Of a stretch of DNA of 64,000 nucleotides, positions 49,016-60,480 are shown piece after piece; position 1 is the first letter of the stretch, and each line of letters starts with the position of its first letter. The position numbers and the translations under genes are program-made. A model generated the notes under the pieces. The model saw only the letters and a list, made by a program, of their open reading frames with translations. It made no database searches and was not told where the DNA came from. The stretch is from NCBI RefSeq assembly GCF_030028105.1, contig NC_092379.1:28141821-28205820 (forward strand), given 5' to 3'. Origin of the DNA: Mobula birostris (Eukaryota).

Positions 49016-52000
49016 CTTTTTAAATCTTTTTATTGAATTAGTACACAAAAGGTAAACCATATAGGCACTAATACACTGTTGCAATATAACTTTACAAGAG
49101 ATATTAAAACACAACAAAGAATTAGTACAAACAGTGCAGTTTAGATATAAAATAACAAGGTAATATATTAGTATACTAATTTTCACAGATATCAATAAGG
49201 AAAGGAAAAAAAAAACAAAATAACCACCACCCCAAAAAAACCCACTGTGCAACTGATCTAAAAAGCAAAGCAAAACAATGGGCTAACTAGGAATCAAGTA
49301 GAGTTAAACAACTTAAAACAATCACGTCCTCAAACCAGACCTCCATTAAAAACAGTTAAGAAGCAAGAGGGGAATGTAAATATGGACCGAGAGAGGAAAA
49401 AAAAAATTGCATTTAATGAAAATGTTGAATAAAAGATCTCCCGGTCTGTTCAAATTTAGCTGAAGAATCATAAAGATTACTTCTAATTTTCTCCAAATTT
49501 AAACACAGTATCGTCTGGGAAAACCAAAACAACGCAGTTGGAACAGTAGTCTCCTTCCAAAGTTGTAAAATATATCTTTTCGCCATTAAGGTAAGAAATG
49601 CAATCATTCTACGGGCTGAAGAAGAAAGATTACTGGAAATTTTAGGTAATCCAAAGATAGCAGTAATAGGATGGGGAGTGATATCTATATTCAATGCCTT
49701 TGAAATAATATTAAAAATGGCTCTCCAAAAAGTTTCCAGAGTAGGACAAGACCAACACATATGAGTTAAGGAGGCTATCTCCCCATGACATCTGTCACAA
49801 AGAGGCTTAATATGAGAATAAAAACGAGCTAATTTATATTTGGACATACGTGCTCTATGGACAACTTTAAATTGAACTAGGGTGTGTTTAGAACAAATAG
49901 AGGAAGTATTGACTAGTTGTAAAATATTCGTCCAGTCATCCACCGAAATAATAAAGCCCAATTCCTTTTGCCCAGTCTGACCTAATCTTATCGAATGGAG
50001 CTTTCCTATGTTTCATAATAGTATTATAAATAATAGCTGTTGCACCTTTCTGACATGGATTAAGGTTAATTACAATATCTAAAATATATGTAGGAGGTAA
50101 CGTTGGAAAGGAAGAGAGTATAGTACTTTGGAAATTTCTAACTTGGAGATATCTAAAAAATGCATTTTTGGTAAGTTATAATTGTTAGATTATTGTTCAA
50201 AAGACATAAGGGAACCATCTAAAAATAAATCCAAAAACCGTGAAATTTCATTAGTCTTCCAAATTTGAAAAGTACGGTCCGTGGACGAACGGTGAAAGAA
50301 TATGTTGCCTAAAATAGGAATCGCAAGCCCAAATTGATTAAGATCGAAAAATTTTCGGAATTGAAACCAAATACGTAAGGTGTATTTAACTATCGGGGTA
50401 CAAACCTGTTTGTGGCGTTTCAAATCAAAAGCAAGAGATGAACCTAAAATGGAGCTAAGTGCATAACCTTGAGCAGATTCTAATTCCAATACTACCCATT
50501 GAGGAATGGATATTGTATCTTGATCAAGTAACCAAAATTTCATGTGTCGAATATTAATTGCCCAATAATAGAACCTAAAATTAAGTTATGCTAAACCTTC
50601 ATCTCTTTTAGCTTTCTGTAGATGTATTTTACCCAGTCTCCGGTTTTTATTTTGCCAAATAAATGAAGAAATTTTAGAGTCAGCTTTGTCAAAAATGGAT
50701 TTTGGAACAAACATCGGTAGTGCCTGAAAGACATGTAAAAAATTTGGCAGAATAAGCATCTTAACCGCATTAATACGACCAATCAAAGTTAAATATAATG
50801 GAGACCACTTAAATGAAAGTTGAGTAATATGATCAATTAAGGGTAGGAAATTAGTCTTAAATAAATCTTTATGTTTACAGGTAATTTTAATCCCAAGATA
50901 TGAAAAATGATTATTAATCAATTTAAACGGAAGGTTCTGATACAAGGGAAGTTGCTTATTAATCGGGAAAAAAGTTCACTCTTACTGAGATTAAACTTGT
51001 AACCGGAAAAAAAGATTAAATTGTGCTAATAAATCTAAAGCAGCAGGGATAGATTTCTGAGGATTCGAAATACATAAAAGTGAGTCATCAGCATAGAGTG
51101 ATACTTTATGGGACTTTAAACCCCGAGATATCCCAATAATATTCGGAGATTCGTGAATAGCAAATGCAAGAGGTTCTAATGCAATATCAAATAATACAGG
51201 ACTAAGAGGACAACCTTTTCTAGTACCTCGAGAAAGAGGGAAAAAAAAGCTGAGCTAAAAGAGTTAGTACGAACTGAGCCCATAGGAGAATGATATAACA
51301 ATTTGATCCAGGATATAAATTTCGAGCTGAAATTAAGCATTTCAAGCACCTTAAATAAGTAAGGCCATCCGACTCTGTCAAAGGCTTTTTCAGCATCTAA
51401 GGAAATGAGGCACTCAGGATCGTTTTGTGAGGGAGTACAAACAATGTTTAACAGTGTGCGAATGTTATGAAAAGAGTAACAACCTTTAATAAAACCCGTT
51501 TGGTCTTCCGAAATAATATAAGGAAGTGCTTTCTCTAATCTTTTTGCTAATACTTTAGAAAAAAGAAAAGAGTCAACATTTAATAAGGATATTGGTCTAT
51601 AAGATGCACATTGAGCAGGATTTTTATCCTTCTTTAATATCAAAGATATCGATCCTGTACAGAAGGATTCGGGAAGTTTACCAAGTTTTAATGAAGCCTC
51701 CAGAACCCTAAATAACTAAGGGATTAATGAAGATGCAACAAATTTATAAAATTCTGCGGTAAACCCATCAGGGCCAGGAGCTTTCCCCCGGTTCATAGAC
51801 AAAATGATATTCTTAATCTTATCAGTGGTATAGGAAGTGTCTAGCATAGAAGATATATCCTGTGAAATCTTAGGGAAGTCTAGGTTAACTAAAAAGTCAT
51901 ACACATATTTAGAGTCTCGTGGAGACTCTGATTGATATTAGGAGAAATAAAAATCAAAACACGATTGATTAATCTCAGCTTGATCAAATATCAGCAGATC

Positions 52001-54902
52001 TTTTTCATTATAAATCTGATTAATTTGAAATTCCGTATAATTATTCTTCAATTGATTAGCCGACAGTTTACCAACTTTGTCACTATGTACATAAAATTCG
52101 CTTCTTGTTTTCATTAATTGATTTACAATCGAGGACGAAAGTAATAAACTGTGTTCCATTTGAAGTTCAGTTCTTTGTTTATACAACTTCTCAGAGGGAG
52201 CTGTAGCATATTTCTTATCAATTTCCTTAATCTTGTCCACAATAACCAGCTACTCCTGCTTCAACCTCCTGTTTCAAAGCAGCAGAGTACGAGATGATCT
52301 GACCACGAATATAAGCTTTAAAAGTATCCCAAAGGATGTTCATAGAAATTTCTTCTGTATAGTTGATTGTAAAAAATAGATCAATCTGTTCATTCATAAA
52401 GTAGTCCTGAAGAAACAGCGAATTAAAAAGCCATTGTCTATTATTTTGCGTATTGTCCTGAATTTTAATAGAAAGCTTAAGTGGAGCATGATCCGAAATG
52501 GTTATAGAGTCATGTTCACATTTAACCACTGAAGAAATAAGACAAGAGTCAATAAAAAAAAACTCAATTCTTGAATAGGAACGGTGAACATGTGAAAAAA
52601 CAAAAACGTCTTTTTTCCTGAGGATGCAAAAAACATCAAATGTCCGTCGACCCGGAATCTGAAAGGAAAGAGTTAATCAAGGTTGCAGATTTATTGGGTA
52701 AGGGCCGTAAAGGAGCCGATCGGTCCAAAGCTGGAGATAAACAAGTATTAAGATCCCCGCCCCAGATTAGTGAAAACTCATTTAAATTCGGGAACAGATT
52801 AAATAATGATTTATAAAATTCTGGTCAGTCCATGTTAGGAGCATAAATGTTAACCAAAACTACTTTTTTATTAAAGAGTAGACCACTAACCAATAGAAAT
52901 CTACCATTCGGATCAGAAATAATATCGTGTTGTACAAAAGTGATTGCGGGATCTATAAAAATAGAGACTCCTCGAATCTTAGCGTTAGAATTCGAATGGA
53001 AGTTTTGACTCTTCCAAAACTTACAAAAACATAGTCTGTTCCTCCCCACGCCCCACTCCGCACATGACTCTTTTGTAAGAATAAGACATGTGCTTTAAGT
53101 CTCCGGAATACTTTAAAAACTGTTTACCTTTTAATTGGATGATTAAGACCGTTAGTATTCCAGGAAACAAATTTAATAGTAGACTCCATAAACCCATAAG
53201 TCAACCCGCAAAAAATAGGAGGATTGGCAATAGGTTCGACCCACGAACCCGGAAAGTGAACAGAACAAACAAGAGATAACAGGAAGGAGAACGCGACCAA
53301 TACTTCCCTAATGTAAATAGCTCAAGAAGAAAAAAAATAAAAAGTGAAGCCCCTCCTACCGCCCCCCTCCGTGACCCCAAAGTTAAATCTAAAATAGACC
53401 GGCCAGAAAGAAGCGAGCACTAGAACTACCCCCATGACTTCCGATAGACGCTCACTAAAAAAAAGTGTATGTAAAAGGATCAGCTAAAGTTATAAAACAG
53501 TAGAGCTATAAAAAAAAGCACACCGATTAAGACAAACGCAATATAATACATAGAAAAACAAGTAAACATAAAGAAAACCATTACGAACAACAGACCTTAT
53601 AATTAAACAAGAAAATGAGATAATTAACACAGACTAGCTAGGAAAATCTACAAAAAGTACATTTGAAAACTACAAAGTTTAAGGCCTCAAAGTAAATACG
53701 TAAAATGATGCAGAGGGAATAGCCACCCAGAATCCCCAGGGAAAAAGAAAGGAATGACGCTGTTAAAAAAAGTTTGGCAACCATGTTAATTAAACCGAAA
53801 AAAAAACGTTTCTGCCTTCATATAAAGCGAAATAATATTAAACCCAACAGATTAACTGCTTCCGATCAAACAGAGATGATTTAATAATTGCGATTAAGAT
53901 GCTGAAGGTGAAAATTGATCCAGGTAACTCTGGGCATCCGATGGAGAGTCGAAAAACCGAGAAGATCCATCAGGCGAAGGAATATTTAAAAGTGCAGGAT
54001 GAAGCTACACTGGTTTTACATCCATCTTGCAGAATTCCAACATCACAGATGTGTAATGGACACGTTGATATCGAATCTGCTTACTAATGTCTCCACGAAA
54101 CGAAAACAAAGATCCGAGAAATCAATGTAACCTTTAGGTCGTGCAAAACGAAGCAATTTTTCCTTGTCTTGAAAATAATGAAATCGTAAACTAACATGCC
54201 GAGGTTTACCTGACTTAGACGAATATAATGGGACTCTGTGAGCCCGATCCACTAGTGGTGGTTGGTCACGAAATAAGGTAGGAAATGCATCTTTTAAAAG
54301 TTGAGAAAAAAACTTTATAGGGTCATCAGATTCAGCAGCCTCACGAATACCAATAGTTCGAATATTCTGTCGTCGCATTCTGCATTCTCATTCAGAGTTT
54401 TTAAAAGTCAGAGAGTCAGGTTTTTTTCTTCATTACAGTAATTGTTTCTTCAATTTTCCCCATCTTGAGTTCATTTTGTTGCGTGGATTTTTGAAGATTA
54501 GATATGGCAGTCTGACGTGTAGTGATAGATGTTTCCATTTTATCGATTACATCAATAATTTTCTGCAGTTTAGTTGAAATTTCCACACGGATCAGATCCC
54601 TTATAGTAGTTGAAATATCCGGTTGAATTAGATCCGATATAGCTTTCAAAGTTAACGGTGGTTCAGTCGCAGGAGGATCGGTAACTTTCGGTCTAACCGG
54701 AGGTTTGCCGTCTTTCCCGTTCTTAGACATAGCAGACCTTAGAAACATCCAACTATCAAAAAACACAATTTGTTGCAAGGTATTACAAAAATCGGTGCCT
54801 TAATAGTTAGCTTAAATGTAGCTGATCATAGGAAAAAACTCAGAGGTAATCGAGGGAGTCAAGAACAGGAATTCACTTCATGAGCTCTACTGGAAGTCTC
54901 CC
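49016..54902 (-). mobile_element. Full-length, decayed L1-clade LINE (5.9 kb)
   Basis: 5' start GGGAGACTTCCAGT. ORF1 (RRQNIRTIG..VDRAHR). ORF2 EN (DPNGRF, VNIYAPN), RT (KAPGPDGF, YRPISLLNVD, SLDAEKAFDRV) and zinc motif CDRC...THMCWSCP. AATAAA with an A-rich end. 15-bp TSD GCTTCTACATTTCTT (49001-49015) / GCTTGTACATTTCTT (54903-54917). Confidence 0.93.
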
Positions 54903-56790
54903 GCTTGTACATTTCTTACACCGGCAAAGGAAGGAGGAGTTATTTCAGAGACAGCTGATGCTCAGCACGGGAAGATAAAAGACAAGGTCAGATGATAGAC
55001 CTCAGATACATGGTTTGGGACACTGAATGAGCTTTGTTGTGCCCGCAGAAAAAGTGGGTTTTTGGAGGATCGATCAGGCTGATTGATCAATGGCTCTTGC
55101 AGTGGAAAGGAAAGGGCAGTGACCGGTGAGGAGTTCTCCATCAGTCCACCCTTGCCTAGTTGATAGCTCCACCACAGATAACCAGTCGTCTTTGCTGTGG
55201 TCACAGTCGGTGACTTTTAAAGAATTTCGGTGGAAAAGGAGAATATCGACGGCGTCAGCTCACCCGAAAACGCAAATCTCTTCCTCTCTCTCTCTCCCTC
55301 TCTCTCCATCACTAACCAACTCAATACCACAAACTGAACTGAACTGAACTTCACTCATCATCGTAAGACTGTATCTTTTCACCCCTAAACATGAAGAAGC
55401 TTGATTTCCATATATTTCCACACTTATTGATATACTTATAGATAATCATGACTAACATGTTGATTTATCTACATTTATATTGCTGTAATGCATAGTTACT
55501 AATAAATAATATTAGGTAATAGCAATAATGAACTACAAAGTGCTTTCCATCTCTGCTGGTTCTTTATTCCCGTCACGGGGTACGTGACCCTGGGAAACCC
55601 ATTCTGTAAAAGGAATGGATGGTTTGGAGTTTGTAAAATGTGCGCAAGATATTTTTTTTTTTGCAGCAATACCTAGAGGACAAACTAGAGAAGGGGCAAT
55701 GTTGGATCTCCTGTTGGGGAGTGAGATAGGGCACGTGACAGATGTATGTACTGGGGAGAACTTCGCGTCCGGTGACGATAATGCCATTAGTTTCAATATC
55801 ATTACGGAGAAGGATAGGACTGGACCCAGGGTTGAGATTTTTGATTGGAGAAAGGCTAACTATGAAGAGATGCGAAAGAATTTAGAAGGAGTGGATTGGG
55901 ACAATTTGTTAATGGGAAGAACGTAATAGAGAAATGGAGGTCATTTAAAGGTGAAATGTTGAGGGTACAGAAACTTTATGTTGCTGTTCGGTTGAAAGAA
56001 AAGATTAACAGTTTGAGAGAGCCATGGTTTTCAAAGGATATTGGAAGCTTGGTTCGGAAAAAAAACAAAAAAAAAAAAAACAGAGAGATCTACAATAAAT
56101 ATAGGCAGCTTGGAGTAAATGAGGTGCTTGAGGAATATAAAGAATCTAAAAAGAATCTTAAGGAAGAAATTAGAAAAGCTAGAAGAAAGTATGAGGTTGC
56201 TTTGGTAGGTAATGTGAAAATAAATCCAAAGGGCTTCTAGAGTTATATCAATAGCAAAAGGATAGTGAGGGATAAAATTGGTCCTTTAGAGATTCAGAGT
56301 GGACGGTTATGTGCAGAGTCAAAAGAGCTGGGGGCGATTTTGAACAATTTATTTTCTTCGGTGTTCACTAAGGAGAAGGATATTCAATTCTGCAAGGTAC
56401 GGGAAACAAGGAGGGTAGTTATAAAATCTATGACGATTAAAGACGAGGCAGCACTGGCGCTTTTAAGGTATATGAAAGTGGATAAGTCTCCAGGTCCTGA
56501 CAGGATATTCCCTCGGACCTTGAGGGAAGTTAGTGTGGATATAGCAGGGGCTCTGACAGAAATATTTCAAATGTCATTAGAAACGGGGATGGTGCCGGAG
56601 GATTGACGTATTGTTCATGTTGTTCATTGTTTAAAAAAGTTTTTAAGAGTAAACCTAGCAATTATCGGCGTGGGAGTTTGACGTAAGTCGTGGGTAAATT
56701 GATCGAAAGTATTCTTAGAGATTGTATATATAATACTCTGGATAGACAGGTTCTAATTAGGAACAGTCTACATGGATTTGTGCGTGAAAG

Positions 56791-58567
56791 TGTCATGGTC
56801 TGGTCCGTGAATTCCGTATTCCGATACACGGACTGGTCCATCGACCCTTGCTCCAGGTTTTTCTGTCTACCCGGTTTCTGATCTTGTTGAGCTAACTGAG
56901 TCCCCTGATGTTCGTTGGGACTGGCTGCATACACACCTTCAGACAAGGGCGTGGCTGCTGTATTCTTCTCGTCCTTACTCCTCGTATCCCTTACTCTGCC
57001 TTTTGTTTCCTCGCCTGAAGCCCTGCCTTGTCTTGCCGGTATCTCTCGCAACGCCTGATGTTCTCGTCTCGCCTTGCTTTGCCTGAGGCCGTGCCTTGTC
57101 TTTCTGGTAACTCTCGCCTCGCCTGCAGTCTTGCCCTGGAACCACCCTGTACTTAGTCCCTTCCTGTTCCTTGCCTCCGTAATGTAAGCCAGGTCGTCTC
57201 GCCGTTCCCTGCGGTTGGTTCTGTCCCTTCCTTTTCCTTGCCTCCGTCGGGTAAGCCAGGCCCTCTCGCGGTTATCTGCGGTTGGTTCTATCCCTCTTCA
57301 CCCTTGCCTTCTTCGGGTAAGCCAAGCCGTCTCGCCGTTACCTGCGGTTGTTCTGCCCCTTTCTGTCCCTTGCCTCAGTCGGGTAAGCCATGCCGTTTCG
57401 CCGTTACCTGCGTTTGGTTCTGTCCCTTCCTGTCCCATGCCTTGGTCGGGTGGTGAACTGCGCCCTGCCCAGGAGTACCGCGCCCTGCCCAGGTGATCCG
57501 CGCCCTGCCCCGGAGGAGCCTAACTAGCCTCAAGCCTGAAGCCTGCAACCTCCTGCCTAGCCTCAAACCTGAAGACTGCAGCCTCCTGCCTAGCCTCAAA
57601 CCTGAAGACTGCAGCCTACTGCCTAGCCTCAAGCCTGAAGACTGCAGCCTACTGCTTAGCCTCAAGCCTGAGGAATCCAGCCTCCAGCCTCGCCTCAAGT
57701 CTCCTGCCTCCAGACTCCAGCCTCTCATCGTGTCCTGCCTCCATCCTGCAAAGTCGCCTCACCTCAAGTCTGTAGCCTCCTACCAAACCTCGCCTTAAGT
57801 CTCTAGCCTCCTGCCAAACCTCGCCTCAAGTCTCTAGCCTCCTGCCAAGCCTCGCCTCAAGTGTCTCGCCTCCTGTCAATCCTCGCCACAGGTCATCTGC
57901 CTCCTGCCAAGCCTCGTCTCAAGTCTCCTGCCTCCTGCGAAGCCTCGCCTCAAGTCTCCTGCCTCCTGCCAGCCTCGCCTCAAGTCTCTTGCCTCCAGTC
58001 ATGCCTCGCCTCAAGTCTCCTGCCTCCTGCCAGCCTCGCCTCAAGTCTCTTGCCTCCAGTCATGCCTCGCCTCAAGTCTCCTGCCTCCTGCCATGCCTTG
58101 CCTCAAGTCTTCTGCCTCCTGTCAAGCCTTGCCTCATGTCTGCTGCCTCCCTCAAGCCTTGCCTCAAGTCTTCTGCCTCCTGTCAAGCTTCGCCACAGGT
58201 CTCCTGCCTCCTGCCAAGCCCTGCCTCAAGTCTCTAGCCTCCTGCCAAACTTCGCCTAAAGTCTCTCGCCTCCAGCCAAGCCTCGCCTCAAGTCTCTAAG
58301 GCTCCAGCCTCGTCCTGCCTGCCAGTTAATCTTCGCCCCGGCCTGGTTCTGGGGTCCGAGCCAGAGACAAGACCCAGGTACTGGGTCCTTGTCCAGTCTC
58401 TGGCTCGGAGTCCAAGCCCGGGCTCCTAGCTCTTCTCTCTTGTCCTGTTCCGGTTTCCCGGTTGTCCTATCTATGTCCTTGCCATCGCCCTGTATCCTAG
58501 TCCTGTACCTAGTACTTCAGTGTCTGTGTCTTGCACTTGGATCCGTTCCAGCCACCGCTTTATGACA
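56791..58567 (+). mobile_element. Solo LTR (1777 bp) with internal tandem arrays
   Basis: TGTCAT...ATGACA termini, 5-bp TSD GAAAG/GGAAG, CR1 RT continuous across it. Confidence 0.88.
57525..58290 (+). repeat. Minisatellite arrays inside the LTR (33-bp unit, then a ~30-31-bp unit)
   Basis: CTCCTGCCTAGCCTCAAACCTGAAGACTGCAGC repeats, followed by GCCTCGCCTCAAGTCTCCTGCCTCCTGCCA-type repeats. Confidence 0.9.
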
Positions 58568-59979
58568 GGAAGGGCATGTTTGACAAATCTTATTGAATTT
58601 TTTGAAGAGGTTACTAGGAAAGTTGAGTAGGGTAAAGCGGTGCATGTTGTCTTTCTGGAATTCAGTGAGACCTTTGACAAGGTTCCACATGGAAGGTTAT
58701 TTAGGAAAATTCAATCGTTCGGTATTAATATTGAATTAGCAAAATGGATTCAGCAGTAGCTGGATGGGAGGCTCCAGATATTGGTGGTGGATAACTGTTT
58801 GTCACATTGGAGGCCGGTGTCTAGTGGTGTCCCTCAGTGATCTGTACTGTATCCAGTGTTGTTTGCTATATTTATATATTCATGATCTGGATAATGGGGT
58901 GGTAAATTGGATTAGTAAATATGCAGATGCTACTAAGATAGGTGGAGTTGCGGATAATGAAGTAGGTTTTCAAAACAGGCAGATTGATTTAGGCCAGCTA
59001 GAAGAGTGGGCTGAAAGGTAGCAGATGCAGTTTAATGCTGATACATCTGAGGTTAGGTGATACATTTTGGTAGGGCTGTTAAAAACAGGACATATATGGT
59101 AAATGGTAGGGCAGTGAAGAATGCAGTGGAACAGAGGGATCTAAGAATAATGGTGCGTAGTTGCCTGAAGTTAGAATCTCATGTGGGTAGGGTGGTGAAG
59201 AAAGCTTTTGGTATACTGGCCTTTATAAATCCGAGCATTGAGTATAGGAGTTGAGATGCAATGTTGAAATTGTATAAAGCATTGGTCGGGCCAAACTTGG
59301 AGTATTGTGTACAACTTTGGTCACCGAATTATATGAAATATGTTAACAAAATTCAGAGAGTACAGGGAAGATTTACCACAATGTTACGTGGGTTTCATCT
59401 CCTATGTTAGAAAGAAAGCTTGAACAAGATGAGTCTTCACTAGTTGGAGCATAGAACGTTAAGGGTGTCTTGATAGAGGTATTTAAAATCATGAGTGGGT
59501 AAGATAGAGTTGAAGTGGATAGTTTTGCTTCGAATTGAGAGTGGGGGTGACTCAAACAAGAGGATATGAGTTGAGAGGTAAAGGGCAAATGATTAAGAGT
59601 AACATGAGGAGTAACTTCTTTACTCAGGGTCTGGTAGCTGTGAGGAAAGAGCTTCCAGCAGAAGTGGTTGGTGCAGATTCGATGTTGTCATTTAAAGTTA
59701 AATTGGATAGCGATATGTACGGGAAATGACTGGAGGATGATGGGGTGAGTGCAGGTCGGTGGGACTAGGTGAAAGTAAGAGTTCGGTACGGACTAGAAGA
59801 GCCGGGATGGCCTCTTTCCGTGCTGTAATTGCTATATGGTTATATGGCTAATTACTAGCTGCCAGGTACAAGTTCACAAGCGCAATTGCTGTATCTACCT
59901 TGCGGCCCAATCATTGGTTCTGACAAACCCAATTGAAAAATGGAGATAATAGAGCTGAAATTTCAAAGTTTAGAGCAAA

Positions 59980-60480
59980 TGTATTATCAAATTGCGCACG
60001 TCTCACATTTGTCCTTGAGATTCTGATGTGCAATTTCCTTATTTGAGTCATCAGTGCATTGCAACGTATAAAAATTATGATGCATTACAATAAAAGTGTA
60101 TATATAATAAACAAAGAAATAGCAGTGCAAAAACTGAGAGGGGAGGTACTAAGGGACTGCATTGGGCTCATGGTCTACACAGAAATCTGAGGGCAGCGGG
60201 GAGACAACTCTGCCTGACAAGTTAAATGTGAGGGCATATCCTCGGTGATGGTGGTTGGGGTGGAGTCTTCTGTGATTAATGCGGTCCTTTTAAAGTATCG
60301 CCTTTTGAAGGTACCCTGGATGCCTGGGAGTGTTGTGTCAATGATGAAGCTGGCTGTGTTTAAAATGTTCTGCCGTTTGATCCTGTGCAGCTGCCCCACC
60401 ATCCCAGACGCAGATGCAACCAGTTATAATGCTGCACAATGTTTATCTCTGGAAATTACCGTGAGTATTTGATGGAAACC
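59980..60480 (-). mobile_element. Decayed Rex1-like 3' fragment
   Basis: ILNTASFIIDTTLPGIQGTFKRRYFKRTALITED resembles the Rex1 C-terminus. Confidence 0.6.

Larger units (their letters stand above)
48769..55589 (+). mobile_element. Solo LTR (~930 bp net) interrupted by an L1
   Basis: Starts TG, ends GTGACC, flanked by 5-bp TSD CTAGG (48764-48768) / CTGGG (55590-55594). AATAAA at 55501; contains a (GA)n tract. Confidence 0.75.
47472..59850 (+). mobile_element. Near full-length CR1 (ORF1 esterase and ORF2) carrying two nested LTR insertions
   Basis: ORF1 AVVKGDLIVRGSDRRFCG...CLPGAR at 47600-47800. EN reads NFPLID|WETHSVKG across the 48769-55589 insertion. RT reads HGFVR|GRAC across the 56791-58567 insertion. 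Ends in a TATATGGT tail. Confidence 0.9.

Noticed and set aside
57375-58299. ORFs with repeated peptides (LLPSLKPEDCS and similar); CRISPR-like periodicity
   Set aside because: Tandem minisatellite inside a solo LTR: no unique spacers, no cas genes, eukaryotic context.
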